A stretch of DNA of 64,000 nt from a virus (taxonomy: Duplodnaviria; Caudoviricetes): positions 15,800 to 79,799 of IMG/VR virus record IMGVR_UViG_3300028588_000001; one strand, 5' to 3'. The notes under the pieces were generated by a model. It saw only the letters and a program-made list of their open reading frames with translations, had not been told where the DNA came from and did no database searches. Position 1 is the first letter of the stretch, and each line of letters starts with the position of its first letter. Shown piece after piece: positions 17,005 through 23,896 of the stretch. The position numbers and the translations under genes were made by a program.

Positions 17005-17832
17005 TTAGGCGGCTGCCCAGGTTGCATCGTCCTTGATGGCCTGCGCGATCACGACCGTGCGGACCTTGATCAGATTCGTGCTGTTGGTCCTGACGCGGTG
17101 GGCGCGCAACTCGTCGCACTTCTGGGAAACGATGGCAAGGCGGCTGCGCAACCAGTTCGCATCGGCCGTGATCTGGGCGTCGGGCTGCTGGGCGCGCAGG
17201 GCCAGGATGCGGGCGATCTGTTCCGGGTCCTTCTGCACGCGGCCGAGGATGTGGAAGCTGTGGTGTTTCAGGGTGGCGCACTCGGCGACCGACATCGCGG
17301 CCGCGTTGCTCGGGATGCCCACGGTGAAGTCGCGGGTTTCGAGGATGACGGCGATGGTGTCGATCAGGTCGGCGGCCGCCAGCGGTCCAGTCTGAATCGG
17401 CACGATGACCTTGACGCCCATGGCGATCAGCTCGCGGACCTCGTTCTCGTACTTGCACAGGCGCTCGATCGATGCCCACTGGTCGCCAACCTTGTCCGGC
17501 GCGACCACGTACAGGCTCGCCGGCGTGATGCCGAAGTCGAGGGTGGATTCGGCGATCCGCTTGTAGGTGGCCAGCACTGCCGGGAAATCCGGCTCGATCT
17601 GGGTTTTCAGTTCCGAGAAGGCGCCGCTGTCGACAAACACGGCGCCGCCGCTCGCGAGATAGCGCGGGAGCGTGATCCCCTTTTGCAACACCATCAACTC
17701 GCCGGCGACGACGCCGACCGGAACGCCGGCCTCGATCGCGCCATGCAGGTCAGGCGAGCGGGACATCCCAGAGCGAAAAGCCAGATCCAGAGCGTGCGTT
17801 GCGGTGGAGTCGTTTTGCAAGGTTGCGGTCAT
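17005..17832 (-). CDS. TGT-fold, DpdA-like putative 7-deazaguanine transglycosylase
   Basis: Ordered motifs VFVDSGAFS, VAPDKVGD, HILG and TADANW, as in the TGT/DpdA barrel. No C-terminal Zn site. Confidence 0.7.
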   Translation of the reverse strand: MTATLQNDSTATHALDLAFRSGMSRSPDLHGAIEAGVPVGVVAGELMVLQKGITLPRYLASGGAVFVDSGAFSELKTQIEPDFPAVLATYKRIAESTLDFGITPASLYVVAPDKVGDQWASIERLCKYENEVRELIAMGVKVIVPIQTGPLAAADLIDTIAVILETRDFTVGIPSNAAAMSVAECATLKHHSFHILGRVQKDPEQIARILALRAQQPDAQITADANWLRSRLAIVSQKCDELRAHRVRTNSTNLIKVRTVVIAQAIKDDATWAAA

Positions 17833-17919
17833 GTTAGATCCTCAGTTTGTGCCCGAGCGCGGTAACACCAGGGCGGGTTTGGTGTGGGTTTTGCTCACCC
17901 TTGCGGGTGAGGCACCATA

Positions 17920-17940
17920 ATACTTGAATTATTCAAGTAT
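17920..17940. promoter_or_regulatory. 21-bp palindromic operator candidate
   Basis: ATACTTGAAT-T-ATTCAAGTAT, with a partial copy GTGAATAATTCAAG at 16972-16985. Confidence 0.55.
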
Positions 17941-18140
17941 CGGAAGGGCGAATTGAGCCGTTTGGTAAGCAGGTAAGCAGAGTTTTGCGAACCATGCGAA
18001 CCGGCTGAAACCCGCATGGATAGTGGCTTTCAGAGGTGTGCAAAATTGCTTGCGCACAATACCGCTGGGAGAACGTGCACACTTACCCCTAAAATTCAAA
18101 CCAATTCGATAGATCTAAAAAGTGGGTCTAGCGAAACGAG

Positions 18141-18217
18141 AGGGGAGTCGCCAAGTTGGTCAAGGCACCGGATTTTGATTCCGGCATTCGTAGGTTCGAT
18201 CCCTACTTCCCCCGCCA
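18141..18217 (+). tRNA. tRNA-Gln(UUG)
   Basis: Cloverleaf: acceptor AGGGGAG/TTCCCCC, anticodon arm CCGGA-TT-TTG-AT-TCCGG, T arm GTAGG-TTCGATC-CCTAC, encoded CCA. Confidence 0.97.
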
Positions 18218-18458
18218 GAACGTCGCGCCACTTCCCAGATAGGGCTGGGCGCAGAGCGAAAGGAAGGCCGGCCCGTGTGGGTCGGCCAGTTCCGAGGCTG
18301 GAATCAGCCCCGAACAAGAGAGCCGGCCGGGCGCCGTTTGTCTTGTTGGTCGCGCACTGGATGCGGGTTAGCTCCGCATTGGTAATGAGCGGCATGAGTA
18401 TCCCAATTGGTTGAGAAAGCACACGGCTTACAGTGAGCGGTGGGCGGCCAACAGACAA

Positions 18459-18512
18459 CACTCCCTGACGAGCCCGTGAGATCCGGGCGAAACGCCGTGA
18501 GGCGTAGGAGTG
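18459..18512 (+). ncRNA. Type I hammerhead ribozyme
   Basis: Stem I CACTCC/GGAGTG, core CUGACGA, stem II GCCCG/CGGGC, GAAA, stem III CGCC-GUGA-GGCG, cleavage triplet GUA (cut after 18506). Confidence 0.9.
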
Positions 18513-18782
18513 ACCGCAACGAGCACTTTCCCCGGGCACAGCGGTTATACCGGGGCAGCCATACGCAAGACATAGGACGCCACCTCTGTGCGCGAGATTT
18601 GATAGGCCGTATGGGCAATGAGGTTGACACTCTGGAAAGACAGGGGCCGTGATGTTGTATCGACTGCCCGCGCCCGGACGGTCCCCTGCAGGGGATAGTG
18701 AGTCTGACGGGGCTCGCGAAAAGCTCGGTAGGACATCGCCAGTTTTCAGCCGCCTTTCTGTAAAAAAGTCGGGCCACATTCC

Positions 18783-18808
18783 AAGCCTCGCCTCGTGCGG
18801 GGCTTTTT
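18783..18808 (+). terminator. Intrinsic terminator
   Basis: AAGCCTCGC-ctcgt-GCGGGGCTTTTT. Confidence 0.8.
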
Positions 18809-18826
18809 CATTTCTAGGACCGCACC

Positions 18827-19270
18827 ATGAACAAAGACCAGAACGACATCGTGATCAGCCGTAAGAACCTGCCGACCGGGCTGGGCCTGGGCGCGCTGAC
18901 TGCCTACTTCCTGCTGTTGACCCACCTCGGCGCGCCGACCTGGGCGTTCTGGATCTTCTACGTGTTCGCCGCCGTGATCGTCCTGGCCGGCATTGTCCGC
19001 CTGTTCCGCACCCGCGAGGTCGACCTGCTGGCGATCGCCCATGCGCGCCCCGCGCCGATCCTCCCGACTGCGCCGGCGCGGCGCGATACGTTCACGCTCA
19101 AGGGCGACGAGATCGTGATCGAGCGCCTGTGCAACGACGTTCTGCGCGTGAGTATTCGTGACGCGAACGGAAATCAGCTGTACTGCTTCAAAGATTATTC
19201 GATCCCGCCGGGCTCGTCGCTGCATCTCCATGATGTGCGTGTCGAAACCGACGTAAGGATCACGTACTGA
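18827..19270 (+). CDS. Membrane protein (two N-terminal TM helices plus soluble C-domain)
   Basis: Hydrophobic segments GLGLGALTAYFLLL and WAFWIFYVFAAVIVLAGIV. AGGA RBS. Confidence 0.7.
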   Translation: MNKDQNDIVISRKNLPTGLGLGALTAYFLLLTHLGAPTWAFWIFYVFAAVIVLAGIVRLFRTREVDLLAIAHARPAPILPTAPARRDTFTLKGDEIVIERLCNDVLRVSIRDANGNQLYCFKDYSIPPGSSLHLHDVRVETDVRITY

Positions 19271-19294
19271 CACTTGCGGCCAAGCGAGCGTGCG

Positions 19295-19455
19295 ACGCCT
19301 TAGCACTCCAGTGGCGTGTAACGGTGCTGTCGTTGACGTGGGAATCCCGCCGGACTTCACGCGCCGCATGGTGGGCTGCAATCCACTGTGCGGCGTGCTT
19401 TAAGCGGCACGGGCAACGACCGAAGAATTAGCACGGGCACGTAAAGCCCTGCCAA
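19295..19455 (+). ncRNA. Second structured intergenic RNA element
   Basis: H-type pseudoknot ACGCC/GGCGT with AGCAC/GTGCT, closing helix GTCGTTG/CAACGAC, and a 14-bp hairpin at 19361-19396. Confidence 0.4.
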
Positions 19456-19474
19456 GAACACCACCAGGGGAGCC

Positions 19475-19753
19475 ATGACCCACTTCAACGGACCAGACTA
19501 CAAGCCCGAGCGGGACGATGCGCGCCTGTCGGCGCAGCAGGCCGCCATCTTCGAGCTGGTGAAGGATGGGCAGTGGCGAACCCTCCGGGCGATCGCGCAG
19601 GCCTGCGCCGCACCGGAGGCGAGCGTCAGCGCGCAGCTGCGCCACCTACGCAAAGAACGGTTCGGCGGCCATGCCGTCAACAAGCGGTACCTGGGCGCCG
19701 GCTTGTACGAGTACCAGCTCGTGCCCAGATTGACCGATTCCTCTGCAAAATGA
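19475..19753 (+). CDS. Winged-HTH DNA-binding protein
   Basis: IFELVKDGQWRTLRAIAQACAAPEASVSAQLRHLRK. GGGGAG RBS. Confidence 0.8.
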   Translation: MTHFNGPDYKPERDDARLSAQQAAIFELVKDGQWRTLRAIAQACAAPEASVSAQLRHLRKERFGGHAVNKRYLGAGLYEYQLVPRLTDSSAK

Positions 19754-20109
19754 AACTAACCAACCACGTCTACCCCTACATCAATTGCGACCAGGGCGAG
19801 ATCGAGCTGCACGCCTACGCGGTCAACGAGTTCGGCGCCACTGTCCAGCGCATGCAGCGCGAGCTGGTACGCACCAAGGACAAAGCCGTCTACCTGGGCC
19901 TGCAGGCGCTGGGCTGGACCCCGCCGGATGGCCTGCACGATGTCGTGTTCGCCGACAGCGCTGAGCAGGCGGACGCGGCCCGGGTCGCCATGGAGGCACC
20001 GAGCCTACGCGCCGCCATCGAGCGCGCCGGCCCAGATGCCTTGCATGCTGCGCTGGCCGAGCTGGGCTGGACTCACCTCGGCCGCGGCGTATGGACGGAC
20101 CCAGAATGA
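19750..20109 (+). CDS. Hypothetical protein
   Basis: 119 aa, ATGA overlaps at both ends. Confidence 0.65.
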   Translation: MKLTNHVYPYINCDQGEIELHAYAVNEFGATVQRMQRELVRTKDKAVYLGLQALGWTPPDGLHDVVFADSAEQADAARVAMEAPSLRAAIERAGPDALHAALAELGWTHLGRGVWTDPE

Positions 20110-20267
20110 TCGGTGAGCTGTTCGCGTACGGCGTGGCCGCCTGTTACCTGGCTGTCGCCATGTGGCACGGCTCGGACGCCATGCAGGCCGGCGAGGAAGC
20201 CAACGTGCGCCGGCGCCGCGCTCTTTACCTCCGATCGATCAAGAGGGCGCCGCCGCGTGGAACGTGA
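20106..20267 (+). CDS. Small membrane protein
   Basis: Translated by hand: MIGELFAYGVAACYLAVAMWHG..., 53 aa, ATGA-coupled. Below the ORF-track length cutoff. Confidence 0.4.
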   Translation: MIGELFAYGVAACYLAVAMWHGSDAMQAGEEANVRRRRALYLRSIKRAPPRGT

Positions 20268-20672
20268 GCCCGCAGTAGGGGCACTTGTACAGCCGCAGGT
20301 TGAAGAACGCGCCGACATCCTCGGCGTCAGGGTGGCCCCACTGGTACTTGTCCTTGTCGGCCGCCGGCATGGGGCTGTCCTTTTCGCAGTAGCGGCGGGG
20401 GAGCGCAGGGCGCGCGTACAGCAGAGTGGGCATCGTTGCATTCCTGAATGAGTACGAACTAGAAGGATACCAGCCGGCCGCGCGCCGGCGCTATCCGGTT
20501 TGGGGGCTGGCCCAGCTGGGCAGGCTTGGTCAGCCTCGAAGGCGGCCAGCCTCCAAACCAGATAGCGATCCCCAGCCGAGGGGCGAATGCCCGGGCCTGC
20601 GCTGGGAAGTGATCGGAAATGCGCTTGGCCAGCGCTGCTATCGCCAGATCCACGCAGTACAAGGGAATCCCC

Positions 20673-21362
20673 GTGAAGCTGAAACGCACCACAACGGACC
20701 GCCCGGACTTCCGAATCCACGAGGTCCCGCAGCCAACGTGCTATGACGCCCGAGATCCGATCCGACCATGGATCGCCCTCGATCGCACCCAGGACGACTA
20801 CGACGACATGCAACTCGTGCGCTCCTGGGCTCGCCGCGCACCAATCTCACCGCTGACTACCGCAGAGGCCTACGCCGGCCACGAGCCAGAGCCGCGCGTG
20901 TGCCATCCGAAGCACGTCGTCCCCGATCGCGTGTCGACCATCGAGCCGGCGCCGCCAGTAGATCCGGCCACCGAGATCCGCGAGCACGTCGCCCGACTGC
21001 TGGCCGAGCTGGATGACGCGCAAGGCTTCCTGCAGGCGCTCGATCGGCAGCGCGCCCAGGTCGACCGAGATCCGCCGCCATGGAAGCCACTGCGCTACGT
21101 GGTGATGGAGACCAGTGTGCGCCGCGATGCAGTTCAGATCCTGCTCCTGCCCGACAACGACGTATACGTGGGAGTGCTTGCCATCCCGAAGGAAGAGATT
21201 CGCCTTGTCGCCGGCATCCCGCAATGGATCAGCACACGAGCCGCCTACCTGTTGGGCACGAGCCCGCAGTTCACCCGCGTGTTGATGCGCCTGCACCCGC
21301 TGCCTCCCGCGCCGCCCGCAGACGCGCCACAACAGCCCGTAGAGGCTTCAACCGCCCTGTAA
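20673..21362 (+). CDS. Hypothetical protein
   Basis: GTG 20673 with AAGGGA RBS, 229 aa. Confidence 0.55.
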   Translation: MKLKRTTTDRPDFRIHEVPQPTCYDARDPIRPWIALDRTQDDYDDMQLVRSWARRAPISPLTTAEAYAGHEPEPRVCHPKHVVPDRVSTIEPAPPVDPATEIREHVARLLAELDDAQGFLQALDRQRAQVDRDPPPWKPLRYVVMETSVRRDAVQILLLPDNDVYVGVLAIPKEEIRLVAGIPQWISTRAAYLLGTSPQFTRVLMRLHPLPPAPPADAPQQPVEASTAL

Positions 21363-21447
21363 GGCACACAGACACCCATAGAGAGAGAAAGGAGCGCTGA
21401 GACTGCCATAGACGCCGGCAGGCAGGCAATCGAAGCCAGATACATCC

Positions 21448-22071
21448 ATGGCAGAACCGAAGGCACCCGTCCAATGGGACTTGGTAGAGGTCGATTACCG
21501 CGCCGGCATCCTGTCCCTGAGAGTGATCGGGGCGAAATATGGCGTGTCCGACGCCGGCATCCTCAAGAAAGCGAAGAAAGAGGGCTGGACTCGTGACCTG
21601 GGCGCGAAGATCCGGGAAAAAGCAGCTCAGAAGGTTAGTGCGGCGGCGGTTAGCAAGCCGGTAAGTATACAAACCGCCGCTTACGAGCGCGAACTTGTTG
21701 AAGCAAATGCAACACTTCAATCCGACATCATCCTTGCGCACCGGCAAGACATCCAGCGGTCCCGCCGCCTGACGATGCGCCTGCTCACCGAGCTGGAAGG
21801 ACAAACCGACCACCTCGATCTGGTCGAGCAGCTGCGCGAAATGGTGTACAGCCCGGACGACAAGGGCCAGGACAAGCGCGACGAGCTGATCCGCAAGGTT
21901 ATCTCCCTTGCGAGCCGGTCGAGCACGATGAAAACGCTGGCCGATTCCCTCAAGGTACTGGTCGGCTTGGAGCGCGAGGCGTTCGGCGTCGACGCGGACG
22001 AGAACAAGGGCGGCAGCGAGGTCGACCAGGTTATCAAGCAAGTGAAAGCCAAAATTGCCGCGCGACAATGA
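21448..22071 (+). CDS. terS: Terminase small subunit
   Basis: WDLVEVDYRAGILSLRVIGAKYGVSDAGILKKAKKEGWTR HTH, directly upstream of TerL. Confidence 0.9.
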   Translation: MAEPKAPVQWDLVEVDYRAGILSLRVIGAKYGVSDAGILKKAKKEGWTRDLGAKIREKAAQKVSAAAVSKPVSIQTAAYERELVEANATLQSDIILAHRQDIQRSRRLTMRLLTELEGQTDHLDLVEQLREMVYSPDDKGQDKRDELIRKVISLASRSSTMKTLADSLKVLVGLEREAFGVDADENKGGSEVDQVIKQVKAKIAARQ

Positions 22072-23608
22072 CAACTACCAGCGCGAGCTGGCCGAAACCG
22101 TCGAGATCCTGCGCAGCGACCTTGAGCTGCACTGCGAGACCTGCTTCTTCGTGAAGGACAAGGCGGGCCGCAAGGTTCCGTTCATCTGGAACAAGGCGCA
22201 GCACTACATCCATGCGCGGATCGAGGAGCAGCGCGCGAAAACCGGCAAGGTGCGCGCGATCATCCTCAAGGGCCGCCAGCAGGGCGCCTCGACGTACATC
22301 GCCGGCCGCTACTACGCGCGGACCTCGATCAACGAGGGCATCGGCGCCTTCATCGTGGCGCACGAGCAGAAGGCAACCGACAACCTCTTCACGATGGTGA
22401 AGCGGTATCACGATAACAACCCTCTCGCGCCGTCGACCAAGGCGTCGAACGCGAAAGAGCTGCTGTTCGGCGAGCTGGACGGCGGCTACAAGCTGGCGAC
22501 CGCCGGCAGCGCCGACGTGGGCCGAGGCAACACCGCCCAGCTGCTGCACGCTTCCGAGTTCGCATTCTGGAAGAACGCCCAGAGCCACATGGCCGGCCTG
22601 GGCAACACCATTGCGGACATCGACGGCACCGAGATCATCATCGAGTCGACCGCGAACGGCACGAGCGGCGCCTACCACGAGATGTGGCAGAACGCCGAGG
22701 CCGGGATCGGCGACTACATCGCGATTTTCGTGCCGTGGTTCTGGCAGGACGAGTATCGCGCGCCAGTGCCGCCGGATCTGCTGCTGTCGAAGGACGACGA
22801 TGCCTACATGCAGGCGTACGGCCTCGACATGGAGCAGATGGCGTGGCGCCGCAACAAGATCGTGTCGTACGGCCAAGGCTTCGAGTGGCTTTTCGATCAG
22901 GAATACCCGGCCACCCCGGCACTGGCTTTCAGATCGGCGACCACCGACCCGCTGATCACGCCAACGACCGTCATGGCGGCCGTGAACAGCGGCTATCGCG
23001 AGCGCACCGGCTCGTTCGTGATCGGGTGCGACCCGGCCGAATACGGCGCCGACCGCACCGCGATCGCATTCCGGCACGGCCGGACGTGCTACCGCATCGA
23101 ATATCACGAGAAAAAGGGGCCGATGGAGGTCGCCGGCATCCTGGCGAGCTACTGGAAGGACCTGACGCCGAAGCCTGACGCCATCTTTGTCGACAAGATC
23201 GGCATCGGGTCGGGCATCGTGGACCGCCTCAAGGAGCTGGGCGTGCCCGTCATCGGCGTGAACAGCGCATCCAGGGCCGAGGACAGCGAGCGGTATGCCA
23301 ACAAGCGCGCCGAGATCTGGTACCGGCTCAAGGAATGGTTGGAGGACGGCCCCAACAGGCTACCGAAAGACCCGGCGCTGATCGCCGATATCTCCGCGCC
23401 GAGCTACAAAACGTCGTCCAACGGCTCGCGCCTCATCGAGTCCAAGGACGACATGAAGAAGCGCGGCATGCGCTCCCCGGACGGCGCCGACGCCCTGGCC
23501 ATGACGTTCGCCGAGAACGTGGTACCGCGTGCGCAGCGCGAAGGCAGCGATCGGGGCGACGACTACGGCAGCGGGGACACCGCGCCAGCATCACGAGCAG
23601 GGTATTGA
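22055..23608 (+). CDS. terL: Terminase large subunit
   Basis: KGRQQGAST (Walker A), LLHASEFAFW (Walker B), IESTANG, and nuclease motifs GCDPA, VDKIGIG, SPDGADAL. Confidence 0.97.
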   Translation: MPRDNDNYQRELAETVEILRSDLELHCETCFFVKDKAGRKVPFIWNKAQHYIHARIEEQRAKTGKVRAIILKGRQQGASTYIAGRYYARTSINEGIGAFIVAHEQKATDNLFTMVKRYHDNNPLAPSTKASNAKELLFGELDGGYKLATAGSADVGRGNTAQLLHASEFAFWKNAQSHMAGLGNTIADIDGTEIIIESTANGTSGAYHEMWQNAEAGIGDYIAIFVPWFWQDEYRAPVPPDLLLSKDDDAYMQAYGLDMEQMAWRRNKIVSYGQGFEWLFDQEYPATPALAFRSATTDPLITPTTVMAAVNSGYRERTGSFVIGCDPAEYGADRTAIAFRHGRTCYRIEYHEKKGPMEVAGILASYWKDLTPKPDAIFVDKIGIGSGIVDRLKELGVPVIGVNSASRAEDSERYANKRAEIWYRLKEWLEDGPNRLPKDPALIADISAPSYKTSSNGSRLIESKDDMKKRGMRSPDGADALAMTFAENVVPRAQREGSDRGDDYGSGDTAPASRAGY

Positions 23609-23610
23609 GC

Positions 23611-23838
23611 ATGAAAGACACCGATCAGGACTACATCAACACATGGAACGCGCCTGAGCAGCCGTCGACCTCGATTGTGATCGAGGCGAGCGGCGCCGAC
23701 GCCGGCACCGACCCGGCCAGCGTGGCCAGCATGGCATCGCAAGCGGCCGTGCAGCTCGCCCAGGTCGCCGAGGCGGCCGGCAACGAGGCGGCCGCGCAGA
23801 GCGCCGCGGAATACAGCAGTTCCTGGGCGCGACACTGA
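23611..23838 (+). CDS. Small acidic/Ala-rich hypothetical protein
   Basis: 75 aa between terL and the terminator. Confidence 0.55.
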   Translation: MKDTDQDYINTWNAPEQPSTSIVIEASGADAGTDPASVASMASQAAVQLAQVAEAAGNEAAAQSAAEYSSSWARH

Positions 23839-23861
23839 CCGCCCACCAACGAATCACCATG

Positions 23862-23886
23862 GCCCGCCGCGAGCGGGCTTTTTTTT
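23862..23886 (+). terminator. Intrinsic terminator
   Basis: GCCCGC-cgcga-GCGGGC-T8. Confidence 0.75.
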
Positions 23887-23896
23887 GGACGTGTCC

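Larger units (their letters stand above)
18218..18808 (+). ncRNA. ~590-nt highly structured non-coding RNA region downstream of the tRNA
   Basis: No credible ORF. Long-range helix 18338-18353/18444-18458, many hairpins, an embedded hammerhead, and a terminal intrinsic terminator. Confidence 0.6.

Noticed and set aside
18141-18217. tRNA as an attachment site or prophage boundary
   Set aside because: Phage genes continue on both sides, there is no integrase nearby, and no duplicated tRNA 3' fragment was found in the window.
18218-18270. preQ1 riboswitch or pistol ribozyme next to the DpdA-like locus
   Set aside because: Neither consensus is present (no preQ1 loop or A-rich tail, no pistol P1/UAAAU elements).
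19295-19330. Twister ribozyme (CC-UUAG-CAC...GUG resemblance)
   Set aside because: Lacks the conserved GAGGG strand and the P4/L4 elements. Kept only as a generic pseudoknot.
19361-19396. Second or degenerate tRNA (T-loop-like hairpin)
   Set aside because: No D arm, anticodon arm or acceptor stem can be built around it.
20426-20746. 106-aa ORF upstream of 20673
   Set aside because: No clear RBS, overlaps the better-supported 20673 gene out of frame, and has no recognisable motif.
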